NCBI GenBank assembly: GCA_910578285.1
Contig: CAJTQL010000002.1
Span: forward strand, 30,951-94,950
Direction of reading: 5' to 3'
Source: an uncultured Helicobacteraceae bacterium
Lineage (GTDB): Bacteria; Campylobacterota; Campylobacteria; Campylobacterales; Helicobacteraceae
DNA length: 64,000 nt
Made by a program: the position numbers and the translations under genes. Below the pieces are notes generated by a model, which was given only the letters and a program-made list of their open reading frames with translations, did no database searches and was not told the origin of the DNA. Of this stretch, positions 46,311-55,204 are shown one piece after another. Every line of letters begins with the position of its first letter. The first letter of the stretch is position 1.

Positions 46311-47720
46311 ATGGTTGCAGTGATTTTGTGTGGAGGCATTGGTTCGCGGTTGTGGCCGATTAGTCGCGAGCTGTTGCCCAAGCAGTTTTTGACGCTTTTT
46401 GCGGGCAAATCGCTGTTCCAAAAAACGCTTGCACGCAATGCGCAGCTCGCTGATTCCTTGCTTATCGTTACACATAATGATCACTATTTCATGGCATATA
46501 GCCAGCTCCAAGAAGAGCTTGGAGAGGAGGCGCGAATCGCTTTTTTGCTCGAATCCGAGCAAAAAAATACCGCGCTCGCGCTCGCGCTGTCTGCCATGAG
46601 TATGCAGCCAGATGACATCATTCTCGCTGTTCCCTCCGACCATCTCATCACCAATGAAAATGCCTACAAACAAGCTGTGAGCGAGGCTGTGCAACAAGCA
46701 CAGGCTGATTCTATCGTGCTATTTGGAATCAAGCCCACCTATCCCGAAACAGGTTTTGGCTATATCCATGCACGTGGACAGGAGATTCTCTCGTTTGTCG
46801 AGAAGCCCTCGCTTGAGATTGCACAACAATTTTGCACAATGCCAAATTATTTTTGGAATAGCGGCATGTTTTGCTTCAAAGTGCGACATTTCTTGTCGGA
46901 GTTGCGCCACTATGCGCCTGATGTTTTTGAGGCAGCACACATTGCTTTTGCCAACAAAAGCACACAACAAGCGCCATTACAATTCTTGATTCCTTCTGTT
47001 TCTTGCGCTGCACAAAGTATTGATGAGGCACTCATGCAAAAGGCGCAGAATCTCAAAGTGATAGAGGCTAATATCGGTTGGAGTGATATGGGTAGCTTCG
47101 AGGCATTGAGTGATGTCTTGCCGCGCGATTCGCATGGCAACACACAGACGACAGCCGCAACCATCAATTCCAAAGCCCTCCCACCCATCTTGCAGGATAG
47201 CCGCAACAATCTACTCATCACAGCCAATCGGCAGATTGCGCTGATTGATGTCGAGGATTTGATGATTATCGACACTGCCGATGCGCTGCTCATCGCCAAA
47301 AAGGGTAGCGGACAAAAGGTCAAGAATATCGTAACCGCGCTGAATAAACGCAAGACAAGCCTACATAGCATGCATGTGCGTGTCTATCGTCCATGGGGAC
47401 ATTATGCCATACTCGAAGAGGGCGATACATATAAAATAAAACGAATCGAGGTTTTACCCAATCGCCGTCTTTCGCTCCAAAAACATTTTCATCGTAGCGA
47501 ACATTGGATTGTTGTGAGCGGCACAGCGATTGTGCAGCAGATGGAGCAGGAAATCACATTGCGTGCAAATGAAAGCGCTTATATCCCGATAGGTAATGTG
47601 CATCGCTTGAGCAATCCGGGCAAGCTTCCGCTTGTGCTTATTGAAGTGCAAATCGGCGATTATCTGGGCGAAGATGATATTGTGCGCCTTGATGATGATT
47701 ATGGCCGCAAAGGCTATTAG
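46311..47720 (+). CDS. manC: Mannose-1-phosphate guanylyltransferase / mannose-6-phosphate isomerase
   Basis: VAVILCGGIGSRLWPISR N-terminus and a C-terminal cupin (RPWGHY..., HRSEHWIVVSG). Confidence 0.9.
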   Translation: MVAVILCGGIGSRLWPISRELLPKQFLTLFAGKSLFQKTLARNAQLADSLLIVTHNDHYFMAYSQLQEELGEEARIAFLLESEQKNTALALALSAMSMQPDDIILAVPSDHLITNENAYKQAVSEAVQQAQADSIVLFGIKPTYPETGFGYIHARGQEILSFVEKPSLEIAQQFCTMPNYFWNSGMFCFKVRHFLSELRHYAPDVFEAAHIAFANKSTQQAPLQFLIPSVSCAAQSIDEALMQKAQNLKVIEANIGWSDMGSFEALSDVLPRDSHGNTQTTAATINSKALPPILQDSRNNLLITANRQIALIDVEDLMIIDTADALLIAKKGSGQKVKNIVTALNKRKTSLHSMHVRVYRPWGHYAILEEGDTYKIKRIEVLPNRRLSLQKHFHRSEHWIVVSGTAIVQQMEQEITLRANESAYIPIGNVHRLSNPGKLPLVLIEVQIGDYLGEDDIVRLDDDYGRKGY

Positions 47721-47751
47721 CTATTGATATACATGAGAATGGAGAGAAGAC

Positions 47752-49284
47752 GTGATAGACAAAGGCATTAGTGCAATACTCTTTGATTGCAGTACATTGT
47801 TACGTTGGAATCGCCCCGTAACAGGCATTGTGCGCGCACAGCTTGAAGTCGCAAAATATCTTTTGCATTGTCCCTATAAGACAATATTTGTCGCTTTTTC
47901 TCCCGATAAGCAAGCTCTTTTGCAGGTTTCAAAAGAAACATTGCAAAATAAAATTGATTTTTTCATGCATGGTTCTCCTCCTCAAAAGCCCTTTAACCCA
48001 CTTAAACGTCTAAGTGCTGTGCCAAGGCGGCTCAAGAAATTTGCCGATTCGATGCAGCATTCCAAGATTTTGCGCTTTGTTGAACGTATTCAATTTAAGT
48101 CTAGCCAGCTCAAAAGCTATGCCGATGGCATTAATAGCGAGATTTCCCCTTTGTTTTTGCCTCCCATTGCGCGAAGCACTCGTGCTTTGTTCAACAAAGA
48201 AACCCTTTTTATCACGATGGGCTTAGACTGGGAAGATAGCAATTATGCGCTGCTCTATCAGCTCAAACATGAGCTTCGATTCCGTGTTGTAGGAATGTTT
48301 TGTGATGCGTTTATTCTCAAGAATCCACAATGGGCAGCGAGCAAGGAGATTGTGGCTTCGTTTATGCTGCATTTCTATCATTTGTCCTATCTCTGCGATT
48401 CTATCGCAAGCATTTCTGACTATTCCAAAGATGAATTCCATGCCCTGCTTGCTGCGCATAGAATCGCGGCAAATCCCCTTGTTTATGTTTTGTCTTTGGG
48501 CAATTGCGACAAACCCAAAGCCACGACAGATATTGCTGTATCCACCCAGCCTGCGCCCACTCCTGCATCGCGGACACAAGCGCCATTGCCTGTCGTTGTA
48601 ACGCCGACAATCACTCTGCATCGCGACCCAATTAGCGGCGAGCTCATCGGCGATGATTCGCCCGAGCCAGCACCCGCACTTTCGCCAAAGCGAAAGGAAT
48701 CTGTGCGACAGAAACTACCGCGCAAAAACGTGCGCGCACATAGCAGCTCTTTTGTGCTCTATGTCAGCACGATTGAACCGCGCAAAAATCATCTCTTGCT
48801 GCTTGATGTGTGGGAACGTTTGTTGCAATCCAATCTTTGTTTTCCTGATTTGGTTCTTGTTGGAATGCGTGGTTGGGGTGCAGACGCATTTTGGGAGCGG
48901 TTCAAAAATGAGACATTGCGGCGGCATGTTTTTTGGTATGATGATGTTGGCGATTCCGAGCTGCAAACTTTCTATGAACGTGCACAATTTTGCGTTTTTC
49001 CAAGCTTTGACGAGGGGCTTGGGCTTGGCGCGGCAGAATCTTTAGCACGTGGCAAGCCCGTGCTTGTGAGCACTTCGCGCGGGCTGTGCGAAGCCACACA
49101 GAATCTCATGCCCACTTTGAGCCCAAACGACCCAGAGGTGTGGGCAGAATGGATTTTGCGCCTAAGCAATGATTCGGCAGAATTGCAGAATCTCACGCAA
49201 AAAACGCAACAATTCACGCGCCGCAGCTGGCATGATTTTGCGCATGATTTCATTGAGTTTGCGCTTGAGAAAAAGGAGCCGTAG
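47752..49284 (+). CDS. GT4-family glycosyltransferase with a Pro/Thr-rich interdomain insert
   Basis: C-terminal FPSFDEGLGLGAAESLARGKPV (E-x7-E). GTG start. The insert is about 70 aa (…STQPAPTPASRTQAPLPVVVTPT…SPEPAPALSPKRK…). Confidence 0.8.
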   Translation: MIDKGISAILFDCSTLLRWNRPVTGIVRAQLEVAKYLLHCPYKTIFVAFSPDKQALLQVSKETLQNKIDFFMHGSPPQKPFNPLKRLSAVPRRLKKFADSMQHSKILRFVERIQFKSSQLKSYADGINSEISPLFLPPIARSTRALFNKETLFITMGLDWEDSNYALLYQLKHELRFRVVGMFCDAFILKNPQWAASKEIVASFMLHFYHLSYLCDSIASISDYSKDEFHALLAAHRIAANPLVYVLSLGNCDKPKATTDIAVSTQPAPTPASRTQAPLPVVVTPTITLHRDPISGELIGDDSPEPAPALSPKRKESVRQKLPRKNVRAHSSSFVLYVSTIEPRKNHLLLLDVWERLLQSNLCFPDLVLVGMRGWGADAFWERFKNETLRRHVFWYDDVGDSELQTFYERAQFCVFPSFDEGLGLGAAESLARGKPVLVSTSRGLCEATQNLMPTLSPNDPEVWAEWILRLSNDSAELQNLTQKTQQFTRRSWHDFAHDFIEFALEKKEP

Positions 49285-50552
49285 TGAAAATCGCCCAACT
49301 CACAACCTATCCGACAATCGCGCCACGTCATGGTGGGCAGATTCGTGCCTTTTTTCTTGCGCATGCCCTACGTTATGCGGGACATGATGTGCGCCATTTT
49401 GCGCTTTGTGAGCCCACGCACACGCAAGCTGCTCGTGATGATGTGATTTTGAGCAAGCGCGATTTATCCGCTCTGCATTTTTCGCCCATGCTTGCCGATT
49501 ATGCGACATCGTTGCTTGCTCTCAAAGAACCCTATTTCGAGCGTCTCGCCCAACATTTGCGTGCATTTTTGCCTGATGCTATTTTGCTCGAGCAGCCGTG
49601 GCTCTTTCCGTTTGTGCGCAAACTTTATCCAAATCAAATACCGCTATTGCTTTATTCGGCGCATAATATCGAACACACAATGAAAGCGGCGATGCTTCAA
49701 AGCGTTGGGCAAAGCGACATGAACGCGATAGCTGCGATTGAATCGCTCGAATCTGAAGTTTGCGCGTATGCAAGCGCGACAATCGCTTGCACGCAGCATG
49801 ATAGTGAGATTCTTGCTTCAATGGGCGCAAAGAATTGTATCGTTTGCTCAAATGGCGTGGATTCGTTACGATATAAGGCAGATATTGAGCAGATTCTGCG
49901 AAAATCCCTTGCTTCGCGCAGTTTTGCGCTTTTTGTGGGTTCAGCGCATGTTCCTAATGCGCTTGGTTTTTGGGATATGTTATCGAGCGATCTCTCCTAT
50001 CTCCGCCCTGAACAGCTGATTGTTGTTGTCGGCTCTGTGGGCAGAATCTTGCATCAATATGCGCCTAAAAAGGACAGCATTTTGCATCTCCTCAATGAGC
50101 AAAAAATCAAGATTTTGGGTGAGGTCAGCCGCGATGTCCTAACCGCACTACTCGTGAATGCAAACGTGATTCTCCTGCCTCTGACGCTCGGCGGCGGCAG
50201 CAACCTCAAAACCGCCGAGGCGATTGTCGCCAACCGCCCTGTTGTCGCAACAAGTCTTGCCATTCGAGGATTTGAGTTTGCGCGCAATTTCACGAATTTC
50301 GCAATTGCTGACACACAAGAGCAGTTCATCACCGCCTTGCAAGCTGCATTTGCGCAAACACAGCCGCCATTGCAAAAAGAGGAACAAAACATGCGCCACA
50401 ATCTCTATTGGGGGCTCACACTCGCGCCGCTCGCGCCGCTTGTTGCTTCGCTCGAGCTTCCGAGCGAACCCGCACAGCCCGTGCCACCGACTGCTACCAA
50501 GAAACCTTTAAGCCTCTCACATCGCACCGATTCTGCACAGCCACAGACATAA
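49284..50552 (+). CDS. GT-B fold glycosyltransferase (GT4-like)
   Basis: N-terminus MKIAQLTTYPTIAPRHGGQIR and C-terminal GGGSNLKTAEAI. The GTG start overlaps the previous stop. Confidence 0.7.
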   Translation: MKIAQLTTYPTIAPRHGGQIRAFFLAHALRYAGHDVRHFALCEPTHTQAARDDVILSKRDLSALHFSPMLADYATSLLALKEPYFERLAQHLRAFLPDAILLEQPWLFPFVRKLYPNQIPLLLYSAHNIEHTMKAAMLQSVGQSDMNAIAAIESLESEVCAYASATIACTQHDSEILASMGAKNCIVCSNGVDSLRYKADIEQILRKSLASRSFALFVGSAHVPNALGFWDMLSSDLSYLRPEQLIVVVGSVGRILHQYAPKKDSILHLLNEQKIKILGEVSRDVLTALLVNANVILLPLTLGGGSNLKTAEAIVANRPVVATSLAIRGFEFARNFTNFAIADTQEQFITALQAAFAQTQPPLQKEEQNMRHNLYWGLTLAPLAPLVASLELPSEPAQPVPPTATKKPLSLSHRTDSAQPQT

Positions 50553-50556
50553 GACA

Positions 50557-51513
50557 ATGAGCAAAAAAATCGGGCTGATTGCCACAGGTGGAACGATTGC
50601 AGGTGTGCAAGCACCCGATATGCAATCCTACACAGCCGGAATCATGCCGATTAGCTCATTGCTTTCTGTTTTGCCATTTGACGCGGCGCACATCGTGCCG
50701 ATTCAGCTTGCAAACATCGACAGCTGTGATATGGACGCGGATTTGTGGTTCGCGCTTGTGCGTGCAGTCGATGCCGCGCTTGTCGATATGGACGGCATTG
50801 TCATCACGCACGGCACAGACACGCTTGAGGAGAGCGCATTTTTGTTACAGCTTTTGGTGCGGACGCACAAGCCGGTCGTGCTCACGGGCGCAAATCGCCC
50901 GAGCAACGCGCTTGGCGCGGACGGATTGCGCAACCTTTACAATGCGCTTTGCATTGCATGCAGCGAGCGCGCGCATGGTGTGCTTGTTACGATGAATGAT
51001 GCCATCTTTGCGCCGACAGATTGCTATAAAGCGACAACACTTGGCGCAGATTGCTTTGCGGCGCGCAACGGCGCTTTGGGCTATGTGCAGCAGGGCGATG
51101 TGCATTTTTTGCGCATAGAATCGCGCAAGCTGCCACATTTTTCGGCGTGTTCGCCCGAAAGCTTCGCGCGAGTCGAGATTCTGCTTTCGTATGCACACAA
51201 TGGACTTGGGGCGATTCTGCACGCGCTCAAAGAGGACGGCGTGCGCGGTGTTGTCATCGCCGGGAGCGGGGCGGGGAACGTGCACTCCGCACTCAAACGC
51301 GCACTTTGTGCCTACCAGCCAGACGAGCTTACGGTCGTGTGCGCCTCGCGCCTCGCGCGTTCATTTATCGCACCCGCAATGTTGCAAGCGCCACAATGGA
51401 TTGCCGCAGGTTACCTTAGCCCATTCTCCGCGCGGATTTTGCTTGCGCTTTTGCTTGGCAGCGGCGCAACGCATGACGCAATCGTACGGACGTTTCGTCA
51501 GTTTGGGGATTAA
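50557..51513 (+). CDS. ansA: L-asparaginase (cytoplasmic type)
   Basis: IATGGTIAG and ITHGTDTLEESA motifs, with no signal peptide. Confidence 0.88.
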   Translation: MSKKIGLIATGGTIAGVQAPDMQSYTAGIMPISSLLSVLPFDAAHIVPIQLANIDSCDMDADLWFALVRAVDAALVDMDGIVITHGTDTLEESAFLLQLLVRTHKPVVLTGANRPSNALGADGLRNLYNALCIACSERAHGVLVTMNDAIFAPTDCYKATTLGADCFAARNGALGYVQQGDVHFLRIESRKLPHFSACSPESFARVEILLSYAHNGLGAILHALKEDGVRGVVIAGSGAGNVHSALKRALCAYQPDELTVVCASRLARSFIAPAMLQAPQWIAAGYLSPFSARILLALLLGSGATHDAIVRTFRQFGD

Positions 51514-51540
51514 AGGTGCAAAAGATTCTATCTCGTCATT

Positions 51541-51580
51541 GCGAGAGGTGTTAGCCTTGTGGTAATCGCCAAGCAAAGAA
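51541..51580 (+). repeat. REP/MITE-like element copy (CGTCATTGCGAG...AATCGCC)
   Basis: CTCGTCATTGCGAGAGGTGTTAGCCTTGTGGTAATCGCC. An imperfect palindrome follows at 51610-51653. Confidence 0.7.
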
Positions 51581-51731
51581 TCTTAAACGTCCTCGATTCC
51601 TCATTTGTCTTTCTTCAGCCTAAAGGCTTCAGAATGACAAATCATTAGATTTGTTTGAGATTCTAAATGTGGTGATTTTCTAAAGGGGACTTGCCAAAGC
51701 AAACACAACATGGTTGTGTTTCTTATGATAA

Positions 51732-51927
51732 TTATCCCCCTTATAATCCCCAAACCCCTGCACGCTTTTTAAATGTGTGCTCTGCACGGATTATGTCAAT
51801 GCCCACAGCACAACGTCTCCATTATCCCTTTGGCATGAATAAATACTGCACGCTGTGGCTGGGGATTCTAGAATTGATGAGCAATGGCGAACAAAACGTC
51901 ATTGCAAGCTTATGCGAAGCAATCAAC
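51732..51927 (+). repeat. Left copy of an about 200-bp inverted repeat (IR-L); its end contains a REP-like unit (51897-51927)
   Basis: TTATCCCCCTTATAATCCCCAAACC..CTGCACGCTTTTTA...GATTATGTCAATGCCCACAGCACAACGTCTCCATTATCCCTTTGGCATGAAT...CTGTGGCTGGGGATTCTAGAATTGATGAGCAATGGCGAACAAAACGTCATTGC... recurs reverse-complemented at 54742-54942. About 90% or more of positions match by eye. Confidence 0.85.
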
Positions 51928-52063
51928 ATACAAAAAATCCCAATTCCATTTCTATTCCTCTAAAATAAACATTTTTTTTTGCTTTCCCTAGTAATTTAAA
52001 ATTTATCTAAGAATAAAAAGGTATCATTGTATTACATTATAATTTTCTACAAATGGAGTCGCT

Positions 52064-52210
52064 ATGACTAAGTTTTTCTCAACTCTCATGATTTGCGGAG
52101 CTCTCTCCGTTGCATCTCTCTTTGCTGCAGAGCACAAGCAAGATATTGCACCAAATGTGCCAAGCATAATGTTTGGGCATAAACCTCAAACACAAGATTT
52201 GCTGTTATGA
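52064..52210 (+). CDS. 48-aa secreted peptide (below the ORF-track cut-off)
   Basis: [33 protein letters not shown]... is a signal peptide. Its stop overlaps the next ATG (ATGA). Confidence 0.4.
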   Translation: MTKFFSTLMICGALSVASLFAAEHKQDIAPNVPSIMFGHKPQTQDLLL

Positions 52211-52464
52211 GAATCTTGTTGCTTGTTGGTACGATGTTTATCGTATCCTTTTTCAATGCTTGTAGTTTTCAACGGCAAATCAGTGCTGTTGAGATGGGTT
52301 GCAAGAAAGAAAACGTTGCTTTCCCACAAGGCGAGATTTCTTGGTATGAATTTATGCCTCAATATTGGGAAGCAAATTGTGGCAATAAAAAATATGTTTG
52401 CCAACCATCGGGAATAGCGATATTTCAAGCACCTAGTGCAAAATGCAAGGAAATTATTCCATAA
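52207..52464 (+). CDS. Small Cys-containing lipoprotein (paralog A)
   Basis: MRILLLVGTMFIVSFFNAC has a lipobox. The mature part shares GC..E...FP.G......W(E)A.C..K.Y.CQ with ORF 52537..52782. Confidence 0.55.
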   Translation: MRILLLVGTMFIVSFFNACSFQRQISAVEMGCKKENVAFPQGEISWYEFMPQYWEANCGNKKYVCQPSGIAIFQAPSAKCKEIIP

Positions 52465-52536
52465 TTGTATTTTGCTTGCCCTTGTCGCCACTTATGGCGA
52501 TAGGGCAATTCTTGTATCTTTGATAAGGACAAACGT

Positions 52537-52782
52537 ATGCGCATTTTCTTGCTAGTGAGTGTCTGTATTCTTTTTGTGGGCTGCTATCAAGAAAGAATGA
52601 CGGCTGCTAGAACCGGCTGTTTGCCCGAAGAGCTTGATTTCCCTGACGGAAAACATTGGATAACACCAACACATTGGGAGGCGCTTTGCCATGGCAAACG
52701 ATATGCTTGCCAAACTAAGCCCAAAAATTTTTTGTTTTGGGGTTGGCAAGATACAGAGTGCGTACCAATCTCGACACAATAA
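52537..52782 (+). CDS. Small Cys-containing lipoprotein (paralog B)
   Basis: MRIFLLVSVCILFVGC has a lipobox. Paralogous to 52207..52464. Confidence 0.55.
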   Translation: MRIFLLVSVCILFVGCYQERMTAARTGCLPEELDFPDGKHWITPTHWEALCHGKRYACQTKPKNFLFWGWQDTECVPISTQ

Positions 52783-52836
52783 GAGAAATTGATTGTTGAA
52801 CAAGTCCATGTGATGATGATAAGCATAGAATCTTCG

Positions 52837-52892
52837 GAGGTGCGAAATCGAGCGCACACAATAAAACATGCGCGCAGACTTAGTCGCACCTC
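52837..52892. terminator. Long imperfect hairpin between convergent ORFs
   Basis: Outer stem GAGGTGCGA (52837-52845) / TCGCACCTC (52884-52892), with an inner GCGCA/TGCGC pairing. Confidence 0.4.
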
Positions 52893-52923
52893 TAATTTGA
52901 CGACATTACACAACAAATCTACA

Positions 52924-53151
52924 TTAACGTGTCGCCGCCTTGCCCGCTTTCATCAAGTCTCGCAATAGCGAATCATCATTCTTGGGTTTCTTTGCTCGGC
53001 TCAACACGTTTTCGCGGTTGATTTCTTCGTCCATAATGCTCGCATAGTTTTTTCGTTTCTCTACTCCTAAATCAAGCAATGTTTCGGTTTCATCATCAAT
53101 GGCAATATTTTTCATATTTTCCGCAAATGTTCTCATGGCTTCTGCAAACAT
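52924..53151 (-). CDS. Hypothetical 75-aa acidic/basic protein
   Basis: ORF only; no recognised domain. Upstream (53203-53440, - strand) lies a startless reading frame ...RRAIEEGNEEALMLAVHTADLEIVSELRIFHD...INYYQNN*, i.e. a gene remnant. Confidence 0.3.
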   Translation of the reverse strand: MFAEAMRTFAENMKNIAIDDETETLLDLGVEKRKNYASIMDEEINRENVLSRAKKPKNDDSLLRDLMKAGKAATR

Positions 53152-53581
53152 AAATTGTATTAATGGGTCAAAGCCCTTAAGGCAAAGTCATTGTTTCAAT
53201 TGTTTTGGTAATAATTGATAAGCACATCTTTTGCATTGGCAATTTGTTTCTGCTGCTCGGGGCTTAAATATTGCGCAAGTTGAATGCTAATATCATGAAA
53301 GATTCTAAGCTCACTTACAATCTCTAAATCGGCAGTATGCACAGCTAACATCAAAGCTTCCTCGTTGCCTTCCTCAATCGCTCTACGCGTATAGCCATTA
53401 TCGTCAAAAGAAACTTTTTGCCATCTATGGAATGAAATACGCTTATTTGAATGTCATATTCAGGCTTATAATAGCGTTCTATCAATGTTTGTCTAGCTCA
53501 TAGTCTTTGCAAGATTCCAAGCAATTTTTGTTCTATTTTTTGGAATCGCCCGACAGATTTCAAGTTTTACATTATCTTAAA

Positions 53582-53617
53582 CATCATTGCGAGGGCTTGC
53601 CCGAATCAATCAACGAT
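53582..53617 (+). repeat. REP/MITE-like element copy
   Basis: CATCATTGCGAGGGCTTGCCCGAATCAATCAACGAT. Confidence 0.7.
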
Positions 53618-53777
53618 TCTTGATAACACAACAAACAGCCTCTGTTGCATCAGTCGTAACATCTTTGGGAGAATCTCCTCCACACGCGGTAAAAAATATT
53701 GCCAACAAACCTAAGCCAAATGCTAAAATCCACTTTTCCGTATATCCATCACTCCTTTTATGTTGATTTGCCTATTC

Positions 53778-54524
53778 CTAATCAGCTTTGCGAATCTCGC
53801 TCAATCGATTCCATGCCATGACTTCGAGGATAAGTGCAGCAAGGAAAAACAAAAATCCAATCAATATAATTGTAGTTGCAATGCCGATAATGACCGCAAA
53901 AAAGGCATAAAGAAAATAGGGCTGATTAGTGATTGTCGCAAGCTCTTTCGCATATTGATATTTAAAATAAACAGCTACCACAAACATAACAATGGAAATA
54001 ATCGTGCCGATTCCAAAAGATGATAGGAGCATATCAATATTAAGAGACCCCGAAAAGCCAAAAACTATGCTAGTAAAAGTGGCAAACCCTATAGACAATG
54101 CCATGATAGTGCCCGCTATGACATAAAGGAGCAATGGAATGATAAAATTTCTCAACAAAGTCGTGCTTCCACTGACCTTCTGAATCGACGAAACAACCAA
54201 AATGCTCGCAATCGCACCCAAAATGGCAAGAATCTGCCCCAAGACAGGAATCTCCCATAAATAAACCATGAGCGAACAATAACCCTTGATTCGAATCCCC
54301 TGAACGCTATTATCACTAATGAGTTCGCCGACATTGCCCACGCCGGTTTTCTGCGCAAGAAAAATAGACTTTGCCATGTTTTCTTGAATTTGAAAATCAA
54401 CCTCTCTTCCAACAATGTTTTGCATACTTTCACCCTTCAGATTTTCCACATCTGAAATATCGAACTTGTAGCGGTTACCATCGTTCCCGCTAATCAGATT
54501 TTCTGCTAGAATCTTGCCCTGCAT
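53778..54524 (-). CDS. Polytopic membrane protein with a small N-terminal soluble domain
   Basis: Start set at MQGKILAENLISGNDGNRYKF (ATG 54524). About 5 TM segments follow. No family recognised. Confidence 0.55.
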   Translation of the reverse strand: MQGKILAENLISGNDGNRYKFDISDVENLKGESMQNIVGREVDFQIQENMAKSIFLAQKTGVGNVGELISDNSVQGIRIKGYCSLMVYLWEIPVLGQILAILGAIASILVVSSIQKVSGSTTLLRNFIIPLLLYVIAGTIMALSIGFATFTSIVFGFSGSLNIDMLLSSFGIGTIISIVMFVVAVYFKYQYAKELATITNQPYFLYAFFAVIIGIATTIILIGFLFFLAALILEVMAWNRLSEIRKAD

Positions 54525-54683
54525 TTGTGTTCCTTGATTGATGAGTTGTGATGTGATGATTGTGTCAATATACCAGAAGTAAAATTCTACCCCCACTAAA
54601 AAATAGCTTAAATTTTGAGGGGATAGAGGATTGTTTAGATTTTTATGGAATACTTATGCGTGATTGCGATAGACATTGCTGTA

Positions 54684-54725
54684 CGTCATTGCGAAGATTC
54701 GTTAGAATCCGAAACAATCAACGAC
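54684..54725 (+). repeat. REP/MITE-like element copy (head-to-head with the unit inside IR-R)
   Basis: CGTCATTGCGAAGATTCGTTAGAATCCGAAACAATCAACGAC. Confidence 0.7.
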
Positions 54726-54741
54726 GTTGGGTTCAAAAATC

Positions 54742-54942
54742 GTTGATTGCCGCGCCTGCTTTGCAGCCTCGCAATGACGTTTTGTTCGCCATTGCTCATC
54801 AATTCTAGAATCCCCAGCCACAGCATGCAGTCTTCATTCATGCCAAAGGGATAATGGAGACGTTGTGCTGTGGGCATTGACATAATCCGTGCAGAGCACA
54901 CATAAAAAGCGTGCAGAGGTTTGGGGATTATAAGGGGGATAA
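54742..54942 (-). repeat. Right copy of the about 200-bp inverted repeat (IR-R)
   Basis: Reverse complement of IR-L, including the REP-like unit (54739-54780: ACGTCATTGCGAGGCTGCAAAGCAGGCGCGGCAATCAACGA on the - strand). Confidence 0.85.
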
Positions 54943-55038
54943 GGAGGCTTATTTGCGAAGCAGCCCCTATGACATCTTTAATCGCAAATGCTAAAGCATT
55001 GCTACTCGTTTGTTGCTTTGCGCCAAACGCTGCTTTCA

Positions 55039-55127
55039 CCCCCAAACCCCTGCACGTTTTTAATCGAACATAGACGTTGCGCGCTGTGGTTGGGAGTTTA
55101 GAATTATGAGCAATAGCAAACTAAAAC
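55039..55127 (+). repeat. Third, internally deleted and diverged copy of the IR sequence
   Basis: CCCCCAAACCCCTGCACGTTTTTAAT...GCGCTGTGGTTGGGAGTTTAGAATTATGAGCAATAGCAAACTAAAAC parallels both ends of IR-L. Confidence 0.6.
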
Positions 55128-55147
55128 ATAATATTGTAAATATATCT

Positions 55148-55189
55148 CGTCATTGCGAGAGGCGATAGCCTCTCGTGGCAATCAACGAT
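55148..55189 (+). repeat. REP/MITE-like element copy with a perfect internal hairpin
   Basis: CGTCATTGCGAGAGGCGATAGCCTCTCGTGGCAATCAACGAT (CGAGAGGC-GATA-GCCTCTCG). Confidence 0.75.
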
Positions 55190-55204
55190 ATTGGGTAGTC
55201 ATGA

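Noticed and set aside
51691-51963. 90-aa ORF (and its mirror at 54686..55045) encoding ...CSARIMSMPTAQRLHYPFGMN...LWLGILELMSNGEQNVIA....
   Set aside because: The two 'proteins' are simply the two copies of the inverted DNA repeat read in frame. There is no RBS and no protein-like features, so I treated them as repeat DNA rather than genes.
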